IMG/VR virus record: IMGVR_UViG_3300008450_000297
Span: 1 to 30,391 of that record
Direction: 5' to 3' (one strand)
DNA length: 30,391 bases
Origin: a virus
Lineage: Duplodnaviria > Caudoviricetes
The position numbers and the translations under genes were made by a program. Below, in pieces: positions 18,835-28,404 of the stretch (its first letter is position 1; every line of letters begins with the position of its first letter). The notes beneath the pieces are model-generated. The model did no database searches and was not told where the DNA came from. It saw only the letters and a program-made list of their open reading frames with translations.

Positions 18835-19356
18835 ATGAAAATAGGATTAGCAGGAACAGTATCAGTAGGCAAAAGCACTTTAGTTAAAGAGCTAGCTAAA
18901 TCAGAACAATTTAAAGATTACCATATTGCCACAGAACGTAGTAAGTATTTACGTGATCAAGGAATATCATTGAATGATGATTCAACAACTAAAGGACAGT
19001 TTGTATTTGCTGCTGAACGTAGTTTAGAATTAATGCATGATAATTTATTAACTGATAGAACAATATATGATGTTTGTGCGTTTACATTAAGCGCTAAATC
19101 AATTAGTTATAATGATAAGATTAAGTTAATTGAATCGTTTATTACTATAAGGAATGATTATGATTTAATTATTTATGTGTCACCTGAGGGTGTTAATATT
19201 GAAGATAATGGCGTTAGAACAACAGATGCTGAATATCGTATGAAAATAGATTTTGCTATTCGTGGATTATTAAAAGAATACCCACCAGTAAAATTGATAG
19301 AAATTAAAGGATCAACAGAAGAACGCATTAATTTAATACTTTCCCAAATAAACTAA
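18835..19356 (+). CDS. P-loop nucleoside/nucleotide kinase-like protein (NadR/AAA_28 type)
   Basis: Walker A GTVSVGKST, LLTDRT, EDNGVR and IKGSTEERI motifs. Confidence 0.8.
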   Translation: MKIGLAGTVSVGKSTLVKELAKSEQFKDYHIATERSKYLRDQGISLNDDSTTKGQFVFAAERSLELMHDNLLTDRTIYDVCAFTLSAKSISYNDKIKLIESFITIRNDYDLIIYVSPEGVNIEDNGVRTTDAEYRMKIDFAIRGLLKEYPPVKLIEIKGSTEERINLILSQIN

Positions 19357-19388
19357 TATTTATGCACACAGAAATAAACGCAAATATC

Positions 19389-20303
19389 ATGACTCCTAAA
19401 CAAATACGTGTTTTAGTTAAAGAAGTAATATCAGAAGTAGGATTATTTACCTTAAAAAACCCGGTAGACGCTACTAAAGGTCTATCAACAGTAATTGATC
19501 CTGATGATAACACAGAAAAATCATCTGCTTTTCAACAAAAATACAAGAAAGTAACAGAAATGGCTCGTAAAGCTAAAGGATACCAAATTGTAAATCCTGA
19601 ATTTGATACTACACCATATGCTGATAAAACAATAAGTGGGATATCAATGGCTTCTATTATTGATTATATTAAAACAAATCCCGGTGTAGAAAAAAAAGAT
19701 ATTCAAACTCAATTTAATTTTGTTCGCCCACAGATAGCTAACGCATTGATAAATGGTTTAAAAGATGCTGGTATTATAGCTAAAATGGGTGAGATAGAGG
19801 TAGATGATGAAACAGGAGAAGTAATAGTAACGGATGAACCTGTAACCCAAACATCACGAGCAGGTGCTGAAGATTTTTTCATTGGTAATAGAGCAAGTAA
19901 TTTTTTTACATCAGGTGAACCTAGTTCATCAAACGATGAAATAGAATTTCCTGAAGAACCAGAGATGCCTGAATTACCAATAAATAAATTATCTTCAATA
20001 GGAGGATTATCCGACGAGGACTATAATGCTTGGATGGATTATTCTAAATTTAAAGAACGTTTAGCTAGAACTAAAAGTGCCTTAATACAAGTTAAAAAAA
20101 TGAGTAGAGGTAGAGATGATTTATCATTAGGTTCAGATGAAATGGAACGTTTAACTAAATTAAAAGCATCTCTTGAACAACGTATGCAAAATGTTGTAAA
20201 TTCAAACGAATATGTTAAAAATAAAGTAGAACAAGAAAAAAATATTCCTTCTGAAAATGAATTAATAGAAAGATTTCAAAAATTAGCAAACATAGATCAA
20301 TGA
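19389..20303 (+). CDS. Putative head-associated protein with a winged-HTH-like domain (start moved from 19362 to 19389)
   Basis: ATG 19362 lies inside the ATATTTAT motif. 19389 gives MTPKQIRVLVKEVISE. HTH-like IIDYIKTNPGVEKKDIQ...LINGLKDAGII; C-terminal ERFQKLANI. Confidence 0.7.
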   Translation: MTPKQIRVLVKEVISEVGLFTLKNPVDATKGLSTVIDPDDNTEKSSAFQQKYKKVTEMARKAKGYQIVNPEFDTTPYADKTISGISMASIIDYIKTNPGVEKKDIQTQFNFVRPQIANALINGLKDAGIIAKMGEIEVDDETGEVIVTDEPVTQTSRAGAEDFFIGNRASNFFTSGEPSSSNDEIEFPEEPEMPELPINKLSSIGGLSDEDYNAWMDYSKFKERLARTKSALIQVKKMSRGRDDLSLGSDEMERLTKLKASLEQRMQNVVNSNEYVKNKVEQEKNIPSENELIERFQKLANIDQ

Positions 20304-20962
20304 AAAATAATATAATTTCAGTTTTAATAGGAGTTTTAATCGGTTTTATAATTAATACTAAAACATGCAATAATTTTTATATAAATAAAAATTTTGAACA
20401 TATAAATGATAGTTTAGATAAGGTAGTTGATTCGTTAGATAATATCATAATACAAGAAAATCAAACTATTGCAAAATTAAACAAAAAAGATTCATTATTA
20501 ATATTAAAAGTAGAAAATTTAACTAAACAAAGAAACGAAGCTAAAGAAGAAGCTCGTAAAAAAGCAAACAATCCTAATTTACATAATACTGATACTTTAC
20601 TTAGTTTTTATGCATGTAGGTATCCAACAGATGATAAAAATATATTAAACTTACCTAAAATTACATTATTAAATGTTGCCAAAGAATTAATATTATGTGA
20701 TGGTACTCAAAAAGAATTAAAAATAGCAGATAGTACAATTTTTATTTTAAATGAACGTATTTTTGTTAAAGATACTACAATAAATTCATATAAAACTAAA
20801 GATACTACATATCAAGCTATAATTAAAACTAAAGATGCTAAATATAATAATTTAGATAATGAATATAAAACAGTAAAACAATCAAATAACAAACTAAAAA
20901 AATATACAGCATGTACATCTATTTGGGCTACTATAATGACGGCTTTATATATTCTTAAATAA
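20300..20962 (+). CDS. Membrane-anchored coiled-coil protein, possibly spanin-like
   Basis: Hydrophobic N-terminus followed by Cys23, heptad-rich middle, hydrophobic C-terminus. Confidence 0.55.
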   Translation: MKNNIISVLIGVLIGFIINTKTCNNFYINKNFEHINDSLDKVVDSLDNIIIQENQTIAKLNKKDSLLILKVENLTKQRNEAKEEARKKANNPNLHNTDTLLSFYACRYPTDDKNILNLPKITLLNVAKELILCDGTQKELKIADSTIFILNERIFVKDTTINSYKTKDTTYQAIIKTKDAKYNNLDNEYKTVKQSNNKLKKYTACTSIWATIMTALYILK

Positions 20963-20998
20963 TCTTATATATTTATATACATAGTTTACGTATATAAT

Positions 20999-22597
20999 AT
21001 GACAGATCAACAACAGATAAAAGAAATTATAAAGCAAGAATATATTAAATGTGCTACTGATCCAATACATTTTTTTAGAAAATATTGTTATATTACACAT
21101 CCTATGAAAGGTCGTGTATTATTTCATTTATATCCTTTCCAAGCTGATACATTACAAGAAATTAGAGATAATCGTTTTAGTATTATCAATAAATCTCGCC
21201 AGTTAGGTATATCAACTTTAGTAGCTGGTTATTCTTTATGGATTATGTTATTTCATAAGGATAAAACAATATTATGTATTGCTACTAAACAAGAAACTGC
21301 TAAAGGTATGGTTGATAAAGTACAATTTATGTATAATAACCTTCCTAGCTGGTTAAGGGGTAACCAAAAACCTGAAACTAATAATAAATTATCTCTTAAA
21401 CTACCTAATAACTCTCAAATTGTAGCAACATCAGCGGCTTCAGATGCTGGTCGATCATACGCAGTGTCTTTATTATTAGTAGATGAAGCAGCGTTTATTG
21501 AAGGTATTGATAAAATATATACTAGTATTAAACCAACTATTGCTACTGGTGGTGGTATTATAGCTTTATCTTCACCTAATGGGGTAGGTAATTGGTTTCA
21601 TAAAATGTATACTTTAGCTGAACAAGGTAAAGGTGATTTTAAACCTATTAAATTACCATGGAATCTCCACCCAGATCGTGTAGCACCTATTGATCCAGGT
21701 TGGGAAGAACGTGAAAGAGCAAATATGTCTCCACGTGAATTTGCACAAGAATATGACTGTGACTTTTTAGGCTCAGGTAATACCGTAGTAGATTCAAATA
21801 TGTTAAGTTTTTATGAACAAACATATATTCAAGATCCTATAGAAAAACGACTAATGGGAGGAGATTTATGGATATGGCAATACCCAGATTATTCTAAAAC
21901 TTATATAGTATCTGCTGATGTTGCTCGTGGTGATGCAACTGATTATTCTACTTTTCATGTTATTGATTTAGAAAACTGTGAACAGGTAGCAGAGTATAAA
22001 TCTCAAGTTAGTACTCGTGAATTTGGTCATGTATTAGTTTCTATAGCTAGTGAATATAATAATGCTTTATTAGTAGTAGAAAACGCAAATATCGGATGGG
22101 ATGTTGTAAATACCATTTTAGAAAGAGGATATCCTAATTTATATTATTCACCTAGATCATACGGTGAACTAAATTTAGATAAATGGATGGCTAAAATGGA
22201 AAGTAATAATACAGTTCCTGGTTTTACTAACTCTACTCGTACAAGACCACTTGTTATATCCAAAATGGAGACGTATATTAGAGAAAGATCTTTTATATTC
22301 CATTCTAAACGTTTATTAGAAGAATTACGTGTATTCATTTGGCAAAATGGTAAAGCACAAGCACAGAATGGATATAATGATGACTTAGTAATAGCATTAG
22401 GTATTGGTTTATTTGTTAGAGATACTGGTTTAAAATTTAGTACTCAAGGATTAGATTTAACAAGAGCAACATTAATGAGCATAAGCAACTCTAGTACTCC
22501 AGGAATGTATAATAATATTCAATCTGGGTTTCAAAATCCATATCAAATGGATAACGGTATGGGTGGGGTAGAAAATATTAGTTGGTTATTAGGTTAA
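20999..22597 (+). CDS. terL: Terminase large subunit (T4 gp17-like)
   Basis: LYPFQ, Walker A KSRQLGIS, Walker B LLLVDEAAF, SSPNG, nuclease ADVARG...DYS and DDLVIA. Confidence 0.96.
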   Translation: MTDQQQIKEIIKQEYIKCATDPIHFFRKYCYITHPMKGRVLFHLYPFQADTLQEIRDNRFSIINKSRQLGISTLVAGYSLWIMLFHKDKTILCIATKQETAKGMVDKVQFMYNNLPSWLRGNQKPETNNKLSLKLPNNSQIVATSAASDAGRSYAVSLLLVDEAAFIEGIDKIYTSIKPTIATGGGIIALSSPNGVGNWFHKMYTLAEQGKGDFKPIKLPWNLHPDRVAPIDPGWEERERANMSPREFAQEYDCDFLGSGNTVVDSNMLSFYEQTYIQDPIEKRLMGGDLWIWQYPDYSKTYIVSADVARGDATDYSTFHVIDLENCEQVAEYKSQVSTREFGHVLVSIASEYNNALLVVENANIGWDVVNTILERGYPNLYYSPRSYGELNLDKWMAKMESNNTVPGFTNSTRTRPLVISKMETYIRERSFIFHSKRLLEELRVFIWQNGKAQAQNGYNDDLVIALGIGLFVRDTGLKFSTQGLDLTRATLMSISNSSTPGMYNNIQSGFQNPYQMDNGMGGVENISWLLG

Positions 22598-22626
22598 CAT
22601 ATTTATTAATATATTAAATATATAAA

Positions 22627-24531
22627 ATGGCAGAAAATAATATAAATAATACAGGATTATTTGGACAATTAAAACGTCTATTTAGTACTGATGTTATCAT
22701 TAGAAACGTAGGTGGAAAACAACTAAAAACAATAGATGTTGACCGCATTCAAGCATATGGTAATGTAAAAACAAATGCATTGATTGATAGGTTTACTAAA
22801 CTTCATAGATATGGAGCTAACATGCCTTATAATCCTACGATGAATTATCAAACACTTCGTATTCAGTTATATACTGATTATGAAGCTATGGATACTGAAT
22901 CTATTATAGCATCCGCTCTAGATATTGTAGCTGATGAAGCCACATTAAAAAATGAAACAGGAGAAATAATCCAAATTAGAAGTTCAGATGAAAATATTCA
23001 ACGTATATTATATAATTTATTCTATGATATATTAAATATTGAGTTTAATTTATGGGTATGGATTAGAAATATGTGTAAATATGGTGATTTTTATTTACAC
23101 TTAGACATAGCTGAAAAATTTGGAGTATATAATGTAGCTCCATTATCCGGTTATGATATGGTTCGTGAAGAAGGAACAGATCCTGAAAATCCAAATTACG
23201 TATGTTTTAAGATAGATCCAATGGTTATTGCTGCTGGTGGTATTAGTAGTCGCTTAAAAGATAGAGATGGAAAAATTCAATTTGAAAATTACGAAATAGC
23301 TCACTTTAGACTATTAGCAGATGCTAACTATCTTCCTTATGGTAGATCATATATAGAACCAGCTCGTAAAACTTATAAACAATACATTTTAATGAAAGAT
23401 GCGATGTTATTACATCGTATAACTCGCGCTCCAGAAAAACGTATATTTTATGTTGATATCGGAAACATGCCACCGAATGAAGTTGATGGATATATGGAGC
23501 GTTTAAAACAAAAAATGAAAAAAACTCCTTATATTGATCAAAATACAGGTGAATATAATTTAAAATATAACATGATGAATGTTATGGAGGATTTTTATAT
23601 ACCTCAACGTGGTGCTAATTCAAATACTAAAATAGATACTATTAAAGGTTTAGAATACAATGCTATTGATGACGTAAACTTTTTACGTGATGAAATGTTA
23701 GCAGCTCTTAAAGTACCTAAAGCATTTTTTGGATTTGAAAAAGATTTAACTGGTAAAGCTACATTAGCTGCTGAAGATATTCGCTTTGCTCGTACAGTAG
23801 AACGTATTCAACGTATTACTCTATCAGAATTATATAAAATAGCATTAGTTCATTTATATGTTCAAGGATATGATGGTGAATCATTAGGTAATTTTGAGTT
23901 ATCATTGACTACTCCTTCAATTATATATGATCAAGAAAAAATAGCTATATGGAAAGAAAAAGTTTCACTAGCTAAAGAGTTATTAGATACTAATTTAGTT
24001 CCATCTGATTGGATTTATGATAATGTATTTAAACTATCAGAAGACATATACGATGAATTACGTGATTTAGTAATGGAAGATAAAAAACGTTTATTCCGCT
24101 TAGGTCAGATAGAAAATGAGGGTAATGATCCGGCTAAATCAGGTAAATCATATGGAACACCTCATGACTTAGCCGCATTATATGGTCGTGGTAGAACAGG
24201 AATGGAAGCACAACAAAGTGTACCTGGAGGATATAATGAAAAAGCTCCAATAGGTCGTCCAAAAGAAAAATCTTCTATTATAAACACACAAAAAGACCCA
24301 TTAGGTAAGGATAGATTAGGTAAAAAAGGTATGAATACTTTATATACTGCCAATAAACCTAGCAATGATATGGAAAATAATACGCCTAAAGGCGGTTCTC
24401 CATTAGCATTAACTGAATTACACAAAAATAAACATTTATTTGAGTCTATAAATCATCTAAGAAAAGAAATAGTATATAATACTGACTTAGATTCTGACTT
24501 ATTATCTGAAAAAAATATTAAGGACATATAA
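22627..24531 (+). CDS. Portal vertex protein (T4 gp20-like)
   Basis: IASALDIVADEA, RNMCKYGDFY, RITRAPEKRIFYVDIGNMP, EDFYIPQRG, ALKVPK and EDIRFARTVERIQ. Confidence 0.95.
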   Translation: MAENNINNTGLFGQLKRLFSTDVIIRNVGGKQLKTIDVDRIQAYGNVKTNALIDRFTKLHRYGANMPYNPTMNYQTLRIQLYTDYEAMDTESIIASALDIVADEATLKNETGEIIQIRSSDENIQRILYNLFYDILNIEFNLWVWIRNMCKYGDFYLHLDIAEKFGVYNVAPLSGYDMVREEGTDPENPNYVCFKIDPMVIAAGGISSRLKDRDGKIQFENYEIAHFRLLADANYLPYGRSYIEPARKTYKQYILMKDAMLLHRITRAPEKRIFYVDIGNMPPNEVDGYMERLKQKMKKTPYIDQNTGEYNLKYNMMNVMEDFYIPQRGANSNTKIDTIKGLEYNAIDDVNFLRDEMLAALKVPKAFFGFEKDLTGKATLAAEDIRFARTVERIQRITLSELYKIALVHLYVQGYDGESLGNFELSLTTPSIIYDQEKIAIWKEKVSLAKELLDTNLVPSDWIYDNVFKLSEDIYDELRDLVMEDKKRLFRLGQIENEGNDPAKSGKSYGTPHDLAALYGRGRTGMEAQQSVPGGYNEKAPIGRPKEKSSIINTQKDPLGKDRLGKKGMNTLYTANKPSNDMENNTPKGGSPLALTELHKNKHLFESINHLRKEIVYNTDLDSDLLSEKNIKDI

Positions 24532-24564
24532 TCATTACATATTTATAGACAGTGCATATTTTCT

Positions 24565-25419
24565 ATGAAGATTAAACATAACAAATTTCGTAACACCGGA
24601 GTATTATTTGAGCTTTTAACTAGACAAATAACTAGTGATATCATATCTAATAAAGATTCATCAGCAGTAGGTTTAGTTAAAAAGTATTTTAATAAAACTG
24701 AATTAGCTAAAGAATATAAATTATATCAAATTCTTATAAGTTCTAAATCACTTACTGAGAGTAAAGCTGAAGTATTTATAAATAGTACTTTAAATGCTTC
24801 TTTACGTTTAAATAAATCTACTTTACGTAAAGAAAAATATAATTTAATTAAAGAAATTCGCGAACAGTATAATATAGAAGAATTTTTTAAAACCAAAATT
24901 AATCATTATTCACAATATGCTGCTATTTATAATCTAGTAGAGGCTCAAAATTCAAGTGAATTTATTGAACCTAATCAAATTATAAATAATAAAATAACAT
25001 TGCTTGAACATATTACTCGTAAAGAAGTAAATAAAGACCAAGTTAAAGATCGTATTCTTGAAGAATATGCTAATATGGATAAAGGTACTCGTTTATTAGC
25101 TTATAGAGTATTATTAGAAAGATTTAATAAGAAATATTCTACTTTAAATAATAAACAAAAAACAGTATTAAAAGAATATATTAATAATATTACTAATACA
25201 ACTGCATTAAAAGAATTTGTTAATACTCAATATGTTTTAATTACTAAAGAACTAACAGAATTAGTTAAAAATGTTGAGGATAAAACAATTCAGATTAAAC
25301 TAAATGAAGTAGCTACTCTATTACAGCCTATTAGTAAAACTCAAAATGTAAAAGATGAAAATATTATCTCTTTACTTCAATATCATCAATTAATTAACGA
25401 ATTAACCTCTATTAAATAA
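24565..25419 (+). CDS. Helical head-module protein of unknown function
   Basis: 284 aa, directly after the portal with ATATTTAT upstream; KHNKFRNTGVLFELL start. Confidence 0.8.
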   Translation: MKIKHNKFRNTGVLFELLTRQITSDIISNKDSSAVGLVKKYFNKTELAKEYKLYQILISSKSLTESKAEVFINSTLNASLRLNKSTLRKEKYNLIKEIREQYNIEEFFKTKINHYSQYAAIYNLVEAQNSSEFIEPNQIINNKITLLEHITRKEVNKDQVKDRILEEYANMDKGTRLLAYRVLLERFNKKYSTLNNKQKTVLKEYINNITNTTALKEFVNTQYVLITKELTELVKNVEDKTIQIKLNEVATLLQPISKTQNVKDENIISLLQYHQLINELTSIK

Positions 25420-26210
25420 TGAATTTATCTTTATTAAAATATATTATTAAAGAAGAACTAGCAAATAAATTAAAGGAAGCTACTCACCCTTGGTATATAT
25501 CAGCTGATGGGTATTATAAAGGAACTAATCCTCCATTAAATCCTCCCGGGCCTGTGCATACTGGTAATGTATCTCAATACTTAAAACCAAATGTAACAGT
25601 ATATAATAATAAAGGAGAATCTAAAACAATTAAAACAGTATCAGACTCTCATTTACAATTTTCTGATGGTACTGAAGATTATTTTAAGAATTGGTTTCCA
25701 CAAAAACCAATTAATGAAGAATCAGCAACTGGCGCTATTGGTGTTGGGGCTGGTCCTATTATGACTCCATATGCTTTTGCTAAAAAGGGACAAAAAACTA
25801 ATAAAGCTACCCAAACAGCAATGAAACAAGGATTTAAAAAAGCATCAGGTATGCCTAAAAACTCTAAGATGTTTGATTATAAAGAACTATGGCCTGGTAA
25901 AAAATCAGCTATGAATGAAGTACTAACTAATATAATTAAAGAAGAATTATTAAATGAAACTTCATATAATAAATTTAAAAATGAAGTTAAATACAGAACT
26001 AAAAATGAAATGCTTCATAAAAGTATACGTGAAGTAAAACGTAAATTAGAGGAAGTAGAACGTTTAGTTGAATATACTACTCGTATTAAACAAGAATTAA
26101 GCGAAAATGAAGAGGGTGTAAGTTATTGGAAACGTAGTTTAAAAGCTATTAATGAAATAAGTGAAGTATCAAATAAAATTAGTAACAAAATAAAATCTAT
26201 CTATCAATAA
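25419..26210 (+). CDS. Putative prohead core/head-associated protein
   Basis: IIKEEL occurs twice, several (L/I)xE sites, MTPYAF motif and a C-terminal coiled coil. Confidence 0.75.
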   Translation: MNLSLLKYIIKEELANKLKEATHPWYISADGYYKGTNPPLNPPGPVHTGNVSQYLKPNVTVYNNKGESKTIKTVSDSHLQFSDGTEDYFKNWFPQKPINEESATGAIGVGAGPIMTPYAFAKKGQKTNKATQTAMKQGFKKASGMPKNSKMFDYKELWPGKKSAMNEVLTNIIKEELLNETSYNKFKNEVKYRTKNEMLHKSIREVKRKLEEVERLVEYTTRIKQELSENEEGVSYWKRSLKAINEISEVSNKISNKIKSIYQ

Positions 26211-26216
26211 TAGATC

Positions 26217-26348
26217 ATGGCAAAATCTAAAACAGAATCTAAAGAATCACGTAAGATAAATTTTGGTCTTCGCAAAAAAGGCAAAGCACAAAAACGCCGT
26301 AATAAACATGATCGATCTGAAAAAAATTATAGAGGCCAAGGGAAATAA
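26217..26348 (+). CDS. 43-aa highly basic protein ending YRGQGK (absent from the ORF track)
   Basis: MAKSKTESKESRKINFGLRKKGKAQKRRNKHDRSEKNYRGQGK; fills the gap, and its TAA overlaps the next ATG (TAATG). Confidence 0.8.
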   Translation: MAKSKTESKESRKINFGLRKKGKAQKRRNKHDRSEKNYRGQGK

Positions 26349-26734
26349 TGAAAATAACTTACACTCCAGAAAAAATAGATGAATTTGTAATAGCTGCTGA
26401 AAAAGAAAAATTAACAGCAGAAAATATATTTAAAACAATACGTTCAAAAGTATATGATATTAGTATACAAAACGTTATTGAATTTCCGGATAAATTAAAT
26501 TCTTTATTAGACAAAATAAAACAAACTCGATCATCTCTTAATAATGTAGCTCAAAAATACTATAAAGTAGTTGAAATGTATGATGTTGCTTATTATCCAA
26601 ATAATGTATCTAAGTTAGATGATTTAGTTACTAAATTAGACAATCTAAACGATGATTTTTATTTATTGGAAGAAGCTGTAGATAACATTATAGAAGCTGT
26701 AGATAAATTAAAAGACCAATATTTCACTAAATAA
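26348..26734 (+). CDS. Hypothetical helical protein
   Basis: 128-aa ORF coupled to the upstream small gene. Confidence 0.75.
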   Translation: MKITYTPEKIDEFVIAAEKEKLTAENIFKTIRSKVYDISIQNVIEFPDKLNSLLDKIKQTRSSLNNVAQKYYKVVEMYDVAYYPNNVSKLDDLVTKLDNLNDDFYLLEEAVDNIIEAVDKLKDQYFTK

Positions 26735-26750
26735 CACAATATTTATACGT

Positions 26751-28397
26751 ATGAAAAGTGTAAAACAACAATTTATAGATTTAAAAGAAGGTAAAATGAC
26801 TCAAGCGCAATTTATGCGTAATATTCGTATGTCTTTACCTCAATATGTCACTAATGTATCTTCATTTGAAGACACAATAAAAATTTTAAAAAATAAAGCT
26901 ATCTTAAATGAAGCTGATATTAAAGATAAAAATCAAGAGAAATTAGAACAATATGATCAATATACTTATACCTTAAATGGTAAAGAAGTATTTCCTGAAT
27001 TAGCTTTTTTTAATAACATACTAAAAGCAGAATTAGACGATAATATATATAGAATATCAGAACCTGTTAATGGTGTTGTTGAATTAAATCCTATTAAAGG
27101 AAAAACGGGAATGTATACCGAAGCTGATATCTACGGGATAGCAGGTGATCCTGAAGCAGAAGCAGAAAGAAAATCTGCCGATATAGGTATCAAACCAACA
27201 CAAACTCCAGAAGAAAAATATGGTGTTGATAAAAGAATAGATCAATTTGAACTTAATTTTTTAAAAAAAATGTATTCTAAAACACCAACTGAAAAACTTA
27301 AAAAAATGATTGATGATTTAGAGCAAAGAATGTCATTGAATGAATCTTATACTACTAATACTAGCGGCAAAGAATTATATTCTAAATTTTCTGAAATCAA
27401 CAATTTAAACGGTCAAGAAGTTTTAATCGGCATAGATTATGAAATGATAAAAAACTGCGATTTAACCAAAAATGAAGCGACAAAAATCGTAATTAAAAAT
27501 TTAAAGAAAAACCCAATTTATTATACAGCACAAGATATGTCAGCTGTTGAAAATTATGAATTAAAATATATTGGTGGAAAATCAGCAAATGCTGAAGCTC
27601 GCCGTATGCAACCATATGCTGCCGATAAAGTAATAGATAAAAAAATGGGAATGCAATTAGTAAAAGGTGTTGAAAAAGTTAAAGCATCTTCTAATAAAGC
27701 TCATAAAGAAACCAACAAACCAGAAGGTACTATTAAGATGATGTCATTAGTTGCTAAATCATCACGTGGTGTTAAGAAAATGGATGCTACAGGTGAAAAA
27801 ATGAAAAAATTAGCATTAAAAGAAAACCAAGACGTTGATTTAAACACACTTAACAATATGTTAAATAATCATGATTGGTATTTTGAAATGTCTGATGATG
27901 AAAGAGCATATAGTGCTGGTAAAGCAATGGAAACTAAATTACAAACGCTTGCTAGAAAATTAGGACAAGAAGGAGTAAATGCTTATAATGATGTACAATC
28001 AAAAATATTTCCTACCAAATCACCATTAACCTTAGAAAAACCATTAAATACATTTAAAAAAATTAAATCTAATGAACCATCTAATCCAAAATTAGATGCA
28101 TTAAGAGATAAAATTAGTAAAATGATAATGAAAGAATATTCAAGATTAGCTGGTGGTGATAATATGACCGACACAGCAGGTCATATGATGGATACTTCAA
28201 CTAATAATGATCTATTTGAAGTTAAAGCAAGTTCATTATCAATAGGTGATAAATTTAAAATGGCAGCTGGTTTAGGTAAATTTGTAATGGGTGAAGAAGT
28301 AGAAGTAAGTTCTATAGAACCTTTTGGAAATGATATTAAATTAGTATTATCAAACGGTAAAGATAAAGATGATTTTTATTTAGATAGAAATAACTAA
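26751..28397 (+). CDS. Putative head-associated multidomain protein with many LxE sites
   Basis: LKE, LNE, LNE, LKE and LFE sites; GIDYEM...KNPIYY segment; NHDWYFEMSDD segment; duplicated EADI. Confidence 0.75.
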   Translation: MKSVKQQFIDLKEGKMTQAQFMRNIRMSLPQYVTNVSSFEDTIKILKNKAILNEADIKDKNQEKLEQYDQYTYTLNGKEVFPELAFFNNILKAELDDNIYRISEPVNGVVELNPIKGKTGMYTEADIYGIAGDPEAEAERKSADIGIKPTQTPEEKYGVDKRIDQFELNFLKKMYSKTPTEKLKKMIDDLEQRMSLNESYTTNTSGKELYSKFSEINNLNGQEVLIGIDYEMIKNCDLTKNEATKIVIKNLKKNPIYYTAQDMSAVENYELKYIGGKSANAEARRMQPYAADKVIDKKMGMQLVKGVEKVKASSNKAHKETNKPEGTIKMMSLVAKSSRGVKKMDATGEKMKKLALKENQDVDLNTLNNMLNNHDWYFEMSDDERAYSAGKAMETKLQTLARKLGQEGVNAYNDVQSKIFPTKSPLTLEKPLNTFKKIKSNEPSNPKLDALRDKISKMIMKEYSRLAGGDNMTDTAGHMMDTSTNNDLFEVKASSLSIGDKFKMAAGLGKFVMGEEVEVSSIEPFGNDIKLVLSNGKDKDDFYLDRNN

Positions 28398-28404
28398 TTA
28401 TAAT

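Noticed and set aside
19362-19388. Upstream start MHTEINANI
   Set aside because: The ATG lies inside the ATATTTAT motif; 19389 gives a leader-like N-terminus.
20999-24531. Intein or intron in the terminase or portal
   Set aside because: Motifs are contiguous at expected spacing, with no homing-endonuclease or splice-junction signature.
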